A stretch of 64,000 nucleotides of DNA from Phoronis australis (GCA_002633005.1 NMRA01000810.1:62001-126000), one strand, 5' to 3'. Positions 22,232 through 36,920 are shown, numbered from the stretch's first letter. A program made the numbers and translations. The notes: generated by a model not told the origin, from the letters alone.

Positions 22232-24993
22232 GAGAACACGAGTTGCATTGATTTTTGGAAAACACGCGAGAAGAGAGTTGAAGACTTTCTAAGGATACAA
22301 CGCAAATTGCGTATTGAAGGTTCTGCCACTCATGTAATGTCACAAACAAGGAAACTAAAGCGAACCTTCAATAACGCAATCACTTCAGTTCATTTTTACT
22401 CGAAAAAAGAACTTCTCCGTGATAGTAAGTAGCAGCATATGTTAATAAAACCAACGACAGATTTAATGCCGCTTTACATACATGTACATCAGCGTTTATT
22501 GAAACACCGTCATCAGAAGAAAAAATACAGTGGTCACCTTGCTACGCACAACAACAAGTACATGTAGTGGAACACAGAAACCGTCATTTACAGGGGTGTT
22601 ACAATACACTGGACTAGCAATGGCAACCTTTGGCGTCCCAGTTGCCTATTGACATTGAGTTTACACCAATTAATGGTTAGAGCCTCACGAATTTTAAGGT
22701 TCTTGTTGTTTCTGCTTGTTCTGTTATAGCAAAGTCATAGAAAGAGCATTGCTCATGACAATGACTGGAGCTCTGCAGATGAATATTAATGTGTGAACTT
22801 GTCTGAATTTAGATGTTCCCTGGTCCAGGTTTTCTAATGGCGAACATCCATGTTGCACTGGTGTTCGATTTCAAGCACGTAAAGCGTGAACACAATTTAA
22901 CAGGAAATCAATGCAAAAACAATCATTGGGATGGTAATACAGACCCCCTAGTAACTGAAGATAACTAGACGTCACTGGTGTTTTGGTATATACCTATTCA
23001 GTCATTGGTTTCCTCTGATAGTATGCAGTAAACAAACCTCTTGTGTCGCAAATTCTTGGTCTGGTCCTTTGCAATCTTTCATGGTCCAACTTCGTGATTC
23101 ATGGAGCTTTGCTTTTTTATTTAACACTCCAGCCCAGGTAAACACGATTTGTTCCTGATCCTCCGCCCTCGGTTCCTTTCACACTGCTCCACTTTGTTTT
23201 CTTAAGTATAATTCATAATTTTGACTCTTCCTGTTTCGCATGATTATTCTTATTCGAACTTATTTTTTCAATTCTCATCATTAATTTATTTATATAAAGG
23301 GGATCTTCTTGTTAGCTATCATAAGTCTTTAGTAGCCCCCCTCTTTATTTAAGTTGTAATTTTTAAGCGGCGTTTTACCTGTACATATATTTGTTAACGT
23401 AATTAAAAGTGTTACCCTCTATCCCCCTCTCTCTGTCGTCAACATCATATTCCTGTCGGTCATCACATAGATGCGTATATGTATATACATAGCATTCTCT
23501 TCCGGCTGTTCAACGGCCTTCAACGGTCCTCTATGCCTAGTTCATTAAAGAACGTCAAAGTTGTCAGTGCATACCAAAAATTCCCTCGGCTTTATCTCAA
23601 GCAAAGTGTCGAAATTAACGTTGAAGAATTTAAAACTAGGAACTATTTCGCTGATCTGTCATCTCATATTACATTGTTGCAAATTTCATTAGCGATTTTC
23701 ATCAAGCTTTGCCTTCAGGATTTTGTGACCGGTCCAGACCTTTTGCCATGTAGCAAAGAAATGACTTTTTTGAAATGATTCTCTTTATGAGTATGCAAGA
23801 ACTGTGCATCTCGTTAGTATTCATCATGGAACTAGGGGAGTAGTACTTTGTGATCAGAACGACCAGCAATTTGGTAAATTTGATTTTTCATTTTTGCCCA
23901 CTCACTTATGGGATATTCTGTAGACACTCCTCTCAGATTGACTGCAATTCTTGCTCGTTTGCATTTTAGGGTTGTGTGTTTTGATCCTTGTTAACAAGTT
24001 GGTTTTGTATGTGTGGGGTACGAACTTTCTCATTGAGTACATGTATGGACTTCTGATTAGAAAGGCCTAACATAATGACAACCCTAGTCTAATTTGCAAC
24101 GTTGGGAATTTAGCAAACAATTTTCTTATGCTTGTTGTATTTCGTTGATTTTTTATTTTAATTTCTGCTACACATATTTGCTGGTTCTGTTAAATGTTGG
24201 CTTAAGATACAATTCCATTGTCAAAATCAATCAGTCGCCGAACACCTGAGAATATACAACTTGTTTCACGACATGACATATTACGATTTCTCGAATAGCA
24301 TCAATAACTATTTCATTCAGTTTGATTTTCGCTGCTGTTTTTCGTTGCAATTTTGTTTTCGTTGTTGTTGTTTTTCGATAAACATTATATCCGAGAAAAG
24401 TCTTTCTTTGCATGTAATTACTTAACGCACGCACTTTTATTCAATACCGTATTCCATCTTTCTGTCATTGACATTGTGCGTGGCCAAATCTTTATTATAC
24501 TATACATGTACTCTTGGCATCGTGAATGCTCTTTAACTTCATAAGATTCCATCCACTAGAAATGTATGAGAAAGCAATGGAAAGTTTTTGTTTTCACTGT
24601 TGAGTCAGATGTGTAAGAGATTGAAACAACTGACTGAACCACTGAGGCACCATTACAGCACTTCTATGTAGGCGAGAAAAGAGCGACAGAAAATTGACAC
24701 GTCCTTTTCAAAATCAGACCTATTGCATAGCATTTTTGATTTGCCATATATATAGTTAACACTGACTTCTTTAAAAAAAACGAGAAAACACCTGTTGACT
24801 GGGCCAGATTACTTTGTAATAAATTGTATGGCGAAAAACAAGTTACAAGGTTACAGTGCAAGCATTCGGTAAACGTTATTCCATTAAACACAAACGAGCG
24901 AAACCGAGCATCATTAAATGAATTGCTCGTATCTTTTTGTACTATAATTAGTTCCTTGTTGACAGTTTCAAGGAAGTAATAGAAAAGCCGAGA

Positions 24994-25079
24994 CTAATTC
25001 TTCACTGCTGAATAGAAAACAGGGTAATTAAGGTGCTGGGTGTTAGTGGCACCAGTGTCTGTGCAACTCTTTCTGGTTC
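24994..25079 (-). pseudogene. Orphan paralogue of exon 2 (GTRKSCTDTGATNTQHLNYPVFYSAVKN*)
   Basis: Acceptor GTGTTTTCAG. CTDTGATN.QH..YP.FYS is shared with exon B1. It runs into TAG with no equivalent donor, and no partner exons were seen. Confidence 0.7.
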
Positions 25080-28000
25080 CTGAAAACACTGAATGACAAC
25101 AGCTCATTACGCAGACTGGGTCCTCTCTGGTCCAGTTCAAGCACTGGTCATTCATCAGAAAGGCGAGAATGGGTTCGGATCTCCAGCATGGCTTGTGCAT
25201 TTTTTTCAACCTCACCTTTCAAGCACTCTGTAAAGGGGAACACAACAATTTTAGTTAAATTACAATGTTTCCGGAGTGGCGCATGTACATGTATCATAAT
25301 TACGTAGAATTCGGGACAGTCTAATTAAGTTGGGTAGTTATCGACAATAATAAAAAAGCAAAATGACATTAACAACGGTCGCTTTTCCATTATTGAAACA
25401 GACTAGCAAAAGCAAACATCATTAAATGACTTACTTCGATCCTTTCAAGTGCTATAATTATTTCCTTGTTAGTAATCATTATCAAGGAAGTAATAGAGTA
25501 TTAGGTTATGATATATTTTTCTAACATGCAGTTTCGAAATCGTTGCAACATATACACTGTACATCTGGACTCATTTTGTTTCAAGGATAAAATTTTCCCA
25601 CTTAGTCTGTTCTGCCAATATATTCGAAACATCTTGAAAATTTGTCGCCCGAGAGATATTTATATTGGCTTTCTAACGTCTGAGAATTCCATTTACTATT
25701 GTTTTGTCAGTGTTGTATTAAATTTAGTATAAGTCTGCAAAGCGCATACATCATGAGCAACTTTCGACGATGTTTTGATTTCATGTCACTGAAAACAAGA
25801 TTTTTCTGAGAGTGGTCCAAGCACCATTGAAATAGATACATGTACATGTAGCATAATCTAGGATTACTTCAATTTCGTGGTCAACCACTTGACCATTTTT
25901 GAAAACAACCTTCTTGTTTCCGCTAGAGTGAGCACGAAATCTCTTCAATCATTTGACACTTACATGTATAGACATTATAGACAGTAGCCCAAGAATTTTA
26001 AGTTTTTGCTCGAGGTGCCTCAATTTACAAGGCAGACTAGTACAGTTGCGCAAGGCTCAAACGACTACAGGGGCCCGGTGTCGGTCTATGTCGTACAGTA
26101 AAAAGCCAAATGATGAGTTCAGTACTAGTGTCAATGTAAAGAAAGGCCACCTTAGCTAAAGAATGTCACACTAACACTGTTTGTTTGTTGCAGTGTGCCA
26201 CATTTGCCTCGACTCATCATTTTACGATGACGCTTCCAACATTACGTTTAAAGTTGGTTTGGATGTTTTGAAAGAAGTACGGTTTCGTAGAGAGTTAAAA
26301 CTGAATAAAATTGCGCTTGATTTTAATAATAAATTTGTGACGTGGAACTTTTTCGGGCTAGAGAATGGACGATGTGGACATTCCAAAGTTCTGAACACTA
26401 GGTTTGTGTTGCGATTGTGTTTGAGACTAATATCAACGACCAGAATCCATTTTAGTTCAGATAAAAGCGATATGAGGCCAACATTGACCCAGACATAACT
26501 TCATTGCGCACTCACTACACGTGCGTAGAAAGATCCAAGTTTCCAAATGCCGACTTTTAGAAGAAAATATTTGCAATGTTCACAATGAAGATCTGCTAAG
26601 AAACACGCAGAATATACATGTATGTCACCATTAATTCAAATCATGAGTTTCAGCTTGACACTTAAAAGTAATTAGGGTGATTTGTGTCGTTTAAAACGAA
26701 TCAATGATATCACCAAAGTCTGATTGTCGTTTCCTTGCTTAACTTGCATTTGGAAAAGCTCTTCATTAATTAATACTGTTCAAACATTCAACAGTGTTGA
26801 TCAATAACGAGTGTGCACTGCTATTGGCGAAAAGTTACACGTAGGCCTATCGATAAAAAAAATCCTTTTACTTGCCGGTACACACTTAACGTTTAATGCT
26901 ACTACGGATATGTGATTGGTGTAACAGGTACAGTACCCCAATGAATTTCTCTGGCCGGGGCCCCTTGACGGTTAAGTCGACCCTGAACATGAATAGTCTT
27001 GAGCTTGTACATTGTTGACGGAAACTGATGCATCTTAGCACAAAAATAAGCAAATTCTTTACAACAGGTGTTACTTGATTATACTATTCAATAAAATACA
27101 CGGTAGGTCTAAACTGTGAGTAGAATAGTATGTACATGTACAATGTATACGGATGTAAACAACATTCACACGGAAATAGGTCACGGCGGAGTTCTCACTG
27201 GTGGCACTGCATACTCTTCTCCTTATATGGAAATGTACTTCACCTTTCCACTGAAACAGTTCAAAAAGCTCAATTATGACTCAATTCTCGAGAAAATATA
27301 CAAAGTTCTGACCAACGTCAAAGAGTTCATTCAGATACATGTAGCCATAGGTTTTGGATTGCAACAGAAAGAGTTAGTAAGTAGTACTCTGGCCTGAAAA
27401 GTGCAAGTTGAGAAACTTTTCACGGGAACCTTTTTCCCGTCACTGGTGTCTACATTTTTTAGACTTGAATAACCAGAGTTCTACGCAAAACTCATTCAAA
27501 GCTAATGTAAATGGATAGCACAGAAAACATATTTGTCTTGAAATTAATTGGCCGTCGTCGCAACAGCTACTCGAAGAGTGAAAGATTTGTTAATAGTATT
27601 CAGAATCGCTTGATATTTTGCTCAGACACACATCGGTCACTGTCTCCATTTGTCTTGATGGGTGTATTAGTAGTCATTTTAGCGACTTGCAAACCCTTTT
27701 CCAAATTCAGAACCATTAACATATAAACACTCGTGACGGTTTTAGGTGTTACATAGGGATAGTCAAGCAGGAACAACATTTGAAACTTTTGTGGGTAGGC
27801 TGTAAAATATTAATTTTGCTTTTTTTGTTTAGAACCAATGGTAGGGCCGTAAGAAGAGGGGGCCCGGGGGGCGTGTCCCTCCAAAAACTTGCAGGCGTCA
27901 GGGTTAAACCATAGCAACCGACATAGGCTTGGGACCGGGGACAGTCTATAAAAAAGACTACGATTACGGATACATTATACAACTCAGTATCAGTGCATGG

Positions 28001-29162
28001 TTTACCCTTTTAGGGCCCTGGCCAAGAAACTGTTGTTAGGGTCTCCGATTTTGCAGCATACATGTAGATCGTCTTAACGCACTGGAAAACGTGCCCTTCA
28101 ACATTTCACACATTATTTCGAAAAATCGAGAAACTTCGTAAAACGAAGCTTTTGCGGAGCACATTAATTCACTGGACTTTAGATTCGATAAGACAGTTAT
28201 CCAAATGCTTAAATGCAAGTATAATATTTTCCAGAGGCCCACTGCAAAGCAATATCAAAACAATCGACCCAAACAACCAAAAATGTGAAAAATACAATAG
28301 GATTGACCACCATCAAAAAATTGGAATTTTGAAGAACGTGAAGATCACTATTTGTGTATTACGCAAAGAGGCTACTTCCTATGGTTAGTTATAAATAATG
28401 TTATTTTTCCAACAGTATCAAAAGAATAGTATTTCTTTTGAAGGTCGTTACTAGAAACTGTTTGTAATGAATTCACAAATGTCGAAAAGACTGGGAGCTA
28501 TTATTTGTATACATGTCGAAGGTGATTACTCAAAGTACTTGCAATAATAAACAAATATTTCAGCATTTTTGGAGTTCATGTTAAACTTGTGAATTGTTAT
28601 AGGTACCTCGGAAATGAGCAAAAATACACCTTAATATGAATGCCCCATCCCTCATTTTCCCCGGGTTACCCGTTAAAAATCTGTGACCATTCCGTTTTGA
28701 TAAAAAAAACTTCGTTGTTTTCTGTCTTACGTTTGTGTATGTACGAAAACCGACAGGTTAATAGATGAGTTTTGGAAATAAGAAGCTAACATTTTAAGAA
28801 ATGATGATGTTTCAGTGTATTTAGTTCATGCCTGAATGACATGGTCCAGTGGGACAAGTATCCGCTTTCTTTACTCAAGGTCGAAGGCTCGAGTCATACT
28901 GGGGAACTGATTACCTGGAACTACATGTACATGTATTTGTAGATAGTTCCAGGTAATCAGTGTAGTAAGACCACATGAGCGGCCTTCTCACGTATGGTAC
29001 AACAGTGTGTACCAGAATGTACGGCAATTATTTTGTTAAACCAAGCGAATTATTTACAATGCTGGTGACTTTCGGTTACGGGAAGGAGGCCTTTGTCGGA
29101 CGACTACCGAGTGACAGTTCGTTTAGGACATCACCAGTGTCATGATTAGACACTACAATTTA

Positions 29163-29825
29163 CCGAAAAAACAACACGTTGTCGGGTAAAGCTTATTTTA
29201 GTTTATAGCTCAAGAAATTGTACAATAAGAATGGCGAAACAGTCTTGCGTGTGTAATTCCGACAGCTATTATGCAGCTAGAGGAGAATATGTTGCCGTCA
29301 TTTTGGACATCTCCTAATAAGCCGAAAAATGATACTGAAAGGTGCAAGCTGGCTCAGACTGTGTAGTCGGCCACACGACTAGCTGAAATTGGCAGTGTTG
29401 CTTGATTACTCGAAGTCTACACACGTGTACAAGCATTTCCAAGGATACGCACATTCAGTCTGGTGGCTATATTGTAGGCCTATCTGATTTAGACTCTGGA
29501 GTTTCACTCGTCTGGCCTCCTTTTTCATGACACCTACTGCACCACTTACGGCAAATTCCGATCATTAATTTGACTTAGCCGCAGCCCTAGACCTACCGGA
29601 CCTAGCTGCTTGCCTAGGACCACATAGGTGTGAGTCTGAGCTATGAATCTGAGATTTTAATAAAAAATTTCGCTCGAAAGATTAAAAAAGCATGGGCAGT
29701 GCTATCCACTCAACCTTTTTGCTAGGGGAATCCCATCAGTTGTGACCTACTTTTCATTTGGAGGAATTAAGTAGACGGGAGAATAAAAATATCGATGAAT
29801 CTTCACTGATTTTGTTCAAAATATC
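29163..29825 (+). mobile_element. Diverged second copy of the 13425-14075 THAP transposon relic
   Basis: Shares blocks such as GCGTGTGTAATTCCGACAG, CGGCCACACGA, TAGGCCTATCTGA, GAGCTATGAATCT and GTTCAAAATAT in the same order. Confidence 0.65.
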
Positions 29826-31860
29826 ATGAAAGCTATGCCATCGTTCAGATCATTACGACTTCAAGGTACATGTACGTACCCAGCTTTACACATTTTAAAC
29901 ACATTGCATGAGTGGCCTTGTCATTTGCAGGTGTTCTTTGGATTATCTCTGGCTCCAAAATACTTTTCTTCCAACATTTATTTTTTCAAAGTCACATTTA
30001 CAAATTCTCGTATCATGAACGTTCGAATCACTGTTGAAAAGCATCGCCTGTTGTCTTTGTCGAAGCGTTTTCGGATAGTCCAAAAAACACTCTTCGATTC
30101 CATCAGGAACGTGGTTCAGCTACAGTGCATTTGCCTCCGACATCTTGTTTGTTTGTAGGGTGTCACGTGACTTTTTGCGGGAAAGTCAATCTTGCAAATA
30201 ATTTTAAATTCTCTCCAATGATAACTCATGGACTTATATCGTTATAGCTAAATGTAGGAAAAATAAATCTCGTTAAGTATGTTATTCTACAAGCACAAAC
30301 TCAGGGGTCTCGGGGGGCTCGAACAAACCCCCCATTTGGCGAAGTGGGCAAAACTGTCCGTCTCAGACAAACAAAAAGTCTATTAAAAAGGTAGGAATTC
30401 GGTGAATGCAGAATTCATAGCTCATAGTTTATTGTTTTTGTTACAATCAAATCCAAGACGGTTGCCTTTTTGTTTCAAAAATCTCACTTGAACGCTTTTT
30501 AACATTCATCTTTTTCCAAGTCAACCTGTCTGATTCTACGCTGCTAAATCCTCATTATTTCCATCCTCAGCACCACCCCCACCACCATTTCCACCGTCAT
30601 CAGCGTTGTCATCATGATCATCGTCGCCGTCAGTTATAGTCACCAGTACACTAACAGTAGCCCTGTTCTCGTAAACACATATTTTCCCCAGCGTTCTTCG
30701 TGGAGTATTGTTTCATGCAATCATTGTCGTTTTCATAGTCAACGACAACGGCGTTGTTGGGTCGGGAATAAATTCGCCAATAGCGTTGGTTATGTCGTCA
30801 TCTTGTTAGCACAGTTTTATTTCATTATAAATTTCGAAGAGTTTTCAGTTAGTGAAATATACAGTTAAGACGATGAACCATTCCATAATATTGAAAGATA
30901 GTTGAAAAATGAGGAACGGCCGTACGAGAATACAAAATTGAATCACAAACTGAGCATTTACATGTACATGTACGCAACTAATGTGTCATTTCAACTTCGA
31001 TGAACTTCCATTTTCATTTCGTAGCTTCTGAAATGGAATTTATCATAGAAATACTTCTCCCGTGTTGACCATAGCACTGGAATATAACGGTGAAATCAGT
31101 CTGAAGTAAGGACTTTACCGCAAAAAAGCAGATTTATGTTAACGGCGAGGGAAAGTCGAGGACACTGGAAACAGATGATCGTGTCAGTAAAGAAACACAT
31201 GCTCGATATTAGATCACAATTTCCTGTGAGCATTTTAGTTTCTCAGTGTCGAAATACCGGACGCATACTGTACATGTACATGTATGTAACAAATCGCTTT
31301 TGTTTGGCTTGAATTAGATTTTGCCTTATTTTCCAGGGGACGTTAGGTAAGCAATTGACCTGTTTATGGTGGCTCAGGTTAAAACTATTGAAGGCTAAGC
31401 AGCTGCTAATCGTGGTCATTTCAACGGGATTTGGATCGACGAGTTTGCCCAACTTGCATCCGTGTTTAAATAAATTGAACTCTCGAAAAACGTTTCCGCT
31501 CATATTTTAATACTAGAATACTCGAGAAATTACCACTAATAGTGTAGTCGAAAAATGGCACCCCGTGCACCACCGGACTTCAACTTTAAAGTTGGTATTT
31601 TATGAAGGAAATTATGGGTGAAAACGGAAAAATGATATTAACAATGCCTCACGCATGTTTTTTATGCAAATTAGAGCCAGCATTACCAATTTTGCTATAT
31701 TTCGCAATATCTCACATACTATTTCATATAGTTGAAAAAGCTAAATGTCTGGGCTTATGTTCTGTGGGTCAAACATTACATCAGAACTACAAGTAAGTGA
31801 TAAAAGTTATCTTTCAGATGCAGAACACTCAACATATGAAAAACCACTACCGCGCCTTAA

Positions 31861-32421
31861 AGGATCATGCCACCCAAAAACAACCTATTTTGTATCAATT
31901 CAGATCGAGTAGTTCCACTCGATAACGCCACGTACGGTTGCGTTACCTGACACCTGACGGCAGACGGAGGTGTTGAAATTATCCAATAACGTCATTGGTT
32001 TCACACGCAGTCTGTTTAGTAGTTCACAACACGCGTTACTAGTGACAGCCCATCGTTTAACACCAATAAATCATCAAACTTCGATAATACACCGAGTTTT
32101 TATAAAAACGTGTTGTTTTATTTCGCTGTTACGGATTTATTGGTATTTGGACACACCATAGCCTACAAAGTTCGGTAGGCCAATTTACCAAGGCCCGCTT
32201 TCCTCGCAGTTGCTTAGTTCGGACAAGCGGGAACCGATGTCCCGCAACATAGCGTCATTCACTTTACAAATGAACCACTGACATCGCTGCGTCGTTTCTC
32301 ACCTTCCTCACAGGTTAACGTGACACATCTCGGCAAGGTAAGGTCGACCGTATGCTAGGCGATGTGGATATAGACTGATTAAGATGGTAAAAAGACTGAT
32401 AAAATCGGGTGGCATTCTCCT
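31861..32421. mobile_element. Kolobok-like non-autonomous element with TTAA TSD
   Basis: TTAA|AGGATCATGCCACCC ... GGGTGGCATTCTCCT|TTAA. Confidence 0.75.
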
Positions 32422-32542
32422 TTAAGATCTAGTGTCTTTCATCACTGTACTCAGTCAGGTTGTTCACGAATCCAGTCATTTCGTTATCCTTTTAGCTAAA
32501 ATTTATCAGTGACAAATACATGGCAGCCGATTGAGGAAAAAG

Positions 32543-32705
32543 CAGTGCTGTAGTAGGGCGTAGGCGCATGTAGGCGCAGCCAACCTTTTAGCATTTGAAT
32601 GTAGCGCCTACGCACCGTAAGTTACGTTCAGTGGTTTTAAAAGGTGATACTATGGGCTTTGGGAGCCTACTTACATGTACCTCTAATTTAACCACTACAC
32701 CACTG
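32543..32705. mobile_element. hAT-type MITE with a perfect 8-bp TSD
   Basis: TIR CAGTGCTGTAGT and ACTACACCACTG, with GGAAAAAG on both sides (32535-32542, 32706-32713). Related relics lie at about 205-303 and 43745-43847 (reverse). Confidence 0.85.
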
Positions 32706-34284
32706 GGAAAAAGACGAAAAGCAAATTCTTGGCGCTATCCACTTTAAAAAATGTATACTTGACTTACTTTAAATCTAAAATTTTGCAGGTATGGGAACAA
32801 ACACAAACTCGTCAATAGGGTCCTACATACTTTTTACAAAGTGGTGTACCCTTGAGAAGTGCTTGAAACCCCAGCGACTGTTGCCTGAAGCTTTATTTCA
32901 TGTGTTATCGAGAGTTCTGGATTCAGATTAGCTTCCCGCATAAGAGCCGCGATAAAGCCAGGGAACCTTTGGACAAACCTTGAATATTTTAAGTGAACGA
33001 GGCATCTGCGAGCTACAGTTAAGTTCTGTACTTATGAGCAAAATGATTGTTTTGAATCAACAAAGTGCATACTATGATAATGAATCTACGGATAAGTTTG
33101 CAGTAGTCGAATAAATTTCTCTGAATTCAATAAATGAAAACAAAATACAAACAAAAAGGCTATTTTTGTAGGTTAAAGAAGGTGTTCTCCAAAACTCTGC
33201 TAGGATTTTTAAAAATGTTCCATTTTTGCATGAGAGACTAACCACATTTTAAGAGTTGGTTTTTTTTCTGATTCTCGTTACATTTAGTCATGTGAAGCAC
33301 GAGGGGTCCTGAAGTAATGATTGTAAAGATGGCCGAGTTGAGCTGACAAGAAAGTCTAATTGAGAGAAAAGTCTTTACAGTTATGAATTCACTAGTACAG
33401 TGTCTGCTGGAAATGTCCCCTTCGGCATCTCCAGTGTAAGCACAACTCGAGTTTTTTGAAAAGTTTTAATGGTGTATTCTTGCAAAGGAAATACATAATA
33501 TAATAAACTTTGAACTCGAAATACATTCCAAACACTAAAATGTAAAAGGCTCCAGTTTCCCTTCTTTGACAAAAGAGTGGCCACGGAAAGGCGTGGGACC
33601 ACCTTGAAAACACATTTACAAAACTGAAAAATACGAAAGCATGCAGATTTTCATGCAGTCAGCGTTAACCAACAAGTGTTGAACATTAAAATCAATGAAC
33701 TCGCATTTCACAAACAAACGCAATCCACTCACCTGGAACTTCCTGCTCTCAATTTACACCTAACTGCAAATACTTAAACGATAAACATCTGAGACATTGG
33801 AATAATAATAATATCATTTTCAGGCAATTTATTCCGGAAATTCGACTCGAGACATATGAACATGCATAACATGGCAATGTGTTTTAGATAACACAGGCTA
33901 CACATATCAAAATCTCTTTCGATACTAGCAGAAACGCCAGTTGTGTGAGCGGTTATAAGTGTCACGCTTGCGGACGCTTTGAGTTACTCCTACCCTGCTG
34001 GCGTTTTCGAACTCACATTGTAGTCAAGCCTCAACTTCAAACTACATGAGCGCCCAGGATAGGCCTTTTTAGTTGCATTAAAGATAAGAGACATGGAGCG
34101 CCAACGCTCGCCAAAAATATCTTTTAACGATTCCTGACGAAGGTACCATCTCGCAACATCTAGTTCAGAGTAATTCACTGTGAGAAAGTTTCAAGAAAAA
34201 TTACAAAATTCATGGTCCTTGAAATACCAGCGAAGGAAAACTCTGTGGTTACTGCAGAGTTTTTAAGTACTAGTCCACGAAAGC

Positions 34285-35958
34285 ACCAACCATGAGCGGC
34301 AAGTTGGGGGTCAGCCGATTTTCACCAAATTTGGCACATATGTAGTCCTATGGGATCTATAAACAGCGGTAAAATATTTCCTCAAAATAGTTTGTTTTTC
34401 TAAAGTTATAGGTTCAAACACATTTTACGGTTTCGCAGCCATGTTTTCACGGTATAAAAACTGTCCAGTTTTAACTGTTCATATTTTTCCTTGAATGAAA
34501 GCTATTGATTTATTATTCACTTGGCATTGTTTAGTGGTGCCTATAGATTGTTACACAGATGTCTTGAAACACGATTCCGATTTACCNNNNNNNNNNNNNN
34601 NNNNNNNNNNNNNNNNNNNNNNNNNNNNNNNNNNNNNNNNNNNNNNNNNNNNNNNNNNNNNNNNNNNNNNNNNNNNNNNNNNNNNNNNNNNNNNNNNNNN
34701 NNNNNNNNNNNNNNNNNNNNNNNNNNNNNNNNNNNNNNNNNNNNNNNNNNNNNNNNNNNNNNNNNNNNNNNNNNNNNNNNNNNNNNNNNNNNNNNNNNNN
34801 NNNNNNNNNNNNNNNNNNNNNNNNNNNNNNNNNNNNNNNNNNNNNNNNNNNNNNNNNNNNNNNNNNNNNNNNNNNNNNNNNNNNNNNNNNNNNNNNNNNN
34901 NNNNNNNNNNNNNNNNNNNNNNNNNNNNNNNNNNNNNNNNNNNNNNNNNNNNNNNNNNNNNNNNNNNNNNNNNNNNNNNNNNNNNNNNNNNNNNNNNNNN
35001 NNNNNNNNNNNNNNNNNNNNNNNNNNNNNNNNNNNNNNNNNNNNNNNNNNNNNNNNNNNNNNNNNNNNNNNNNNNNNNTTGTGCATTTCCCAAGAGTTTC
35101 CAAAGTTGTTTTTCTCCGCAATTTGTAGAAATACCACATTCGATGCGACTGGCAGTGCCAGATAAACAGATAAATTCGCAAACCCGCACTTTAGGTCAGC
35201 CATCATTCAACTAACGCATTGTAAGCTTTAGTTTGGTATTCAGACGAGTTGGATGAACAAATTTAGAATTATTTCATATTTTAGTGGGAAATGCTAGTGT
35301 CCTTAAAATTAATTAGAAACATTTAAGCAAACCAATTCCTTTAATTGTTGTATTATACCACGGCCTATTAATGCGTAAAAACGGCGCACAACCAGTGACT
35401 GGTTTAACATGACAAATACACATACGCGGTCTGAAAATAGTGAAATTCAGACACCTATTACCACGCTTGCCTGAAGGGCTGACAAAGTTTTTATTGTATT
35501 AATTTCAAGGGCATGGAGTCTTCTACATGTCTATGTTATTATTTTTAGTTTTCTCGCGGGGGCAGCTTCGCTATTAGGGCACAACTTACTGCTGGTTTTT
35601 CACAAGAAGGACATGTACCTCCACGGAAACAGTCCCAGTGTTACCATGGTAACCGATATTTCAGTGTCGGTGACGTTTTTACTGACATTGGTCACGAACC
35701 TATCATGTGATATCAAAATTGTTCAGAAACGATTCTGTTTAAAGCAGAAACTGGAGTAGTAAATTTGGTAAAAAATGACTCATCCCACATCAAGAAATTA
35801 CCTCATTTTGCCCCCCAGAACACTTCCCTTGTATCTCCTAAGCCACCAAACTTTGTGGTGTCATACTTCACCCAATTTCTCTCATCCCTAATGTGATTTA
35901 TCAGACTAAACATGGATCTGAATGGCTGACCCCCCACCTTGCCGCTTGTTGGCTGTAC
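34285..35958. mobile_element. TIR DNA element spanning the assembly gap
   Basis: AGCGGCAAGTTGGGGGTCAGCC near 34295 pairs with GGCTGACCCCCCACCTTGCCGCT near 35924-35946. Confidence 0.55.
34587..35078. other. Assembly gap
   Basis: Run of N. Confidence 1.
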
Positions 35959-36399
35959 AGTGGTCGGTGGATCCGTGGACTGATACTTAATCTCCCTCCC
36001 ACTTTTAATAAGTGCGAGCATGCACTCACAGGCAGTTGCTTTAAGTCGCTTGAGGTCAAAGATCACATTTCCCTTATACGGGAAATGTGCTACAACTAAG
36101 GCTTGCCTTAACAAATAAGGGGAAGTGCTTTGCCTTGCGGGAGACAACTCAACGAAGTGACGAACAGTTGACAGGTCGTTTTCAGCAATTTAAAGTAAAA
36201 TAAAATGCTTTGCTGTCAACTGAACTGAAAATTCGTTACGAACAAACCCTAAAAATACCTGATGAGCAGGTTGAATTCTGTTTCCGTGGTAGAGAACAGC
36301 TTTCAGTATCGCAATTTAGTTTGCTTATCTCGTTCCAGCTCTCTTTAATCGTCTTTTGTGGAACTGAGTTCACGTGTTTTGAAATCAATGTTCCAGGGA

Positions 36400-36920
36400 G
36401 GGAATCAACAATTGATCGGACTTCAAAACCCTTTGCCCGGACTTCAAAACAACTGGATGGACTGTACATGTAAAATCAAATGGTGGGTGTTCCAAATTTG
36501 GTGGTCAGAAATCAAAACGAGTTGGCCAGTACCGGCCTCGTACCAGATGGCCACAAAACAGTGGTTGGCCGTACCTAAAACGGGTTGGCCAGTGTTTAGA
36601 CACAATGGCCGAACAAATCGCCAATTTGGAACAAAATAAACAAACTGAGGTACCAAAATCAGCATCAGATGTCACTTGAGCGGAAACCTTCAAGGCGAGT
36701 CGCTGAGGAGCCGGTCCGGACGTCGTGTTTGATTACACGGACGACTCAGTGGTTGTAGTACCGGCGTTTTGGATCCAGCCAACTAGATTTTGGGGGTGAT
36801 GCCGTTGCGTTTTGAAGTGCAGACAACAGGTTTGATCACCGGTCGTTTGGTTCTGCAGTCCAGCCGACTGGTTTTAAATTCCTGGAAGTGGTTTTGAAGT
36901 CCGACTTACCAATTGCTGAT
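36400..36920. mobile_element. Foldback/MITE-like element with long imperfect inverted arms
   Basis: CAATTGATCGGACTTCAAAACC...GGATGGACTG pairs with CAGTCCAGCC...GGTTTTGAAGTCCGACTTACCAATTG. Confidence 0.55.

Noticed and set aside
34495-35214. Long ORFs of 200-390 aa in the ORF track (also 52099-53297)
   Set aside because: Artefacts of translating through N gaps.
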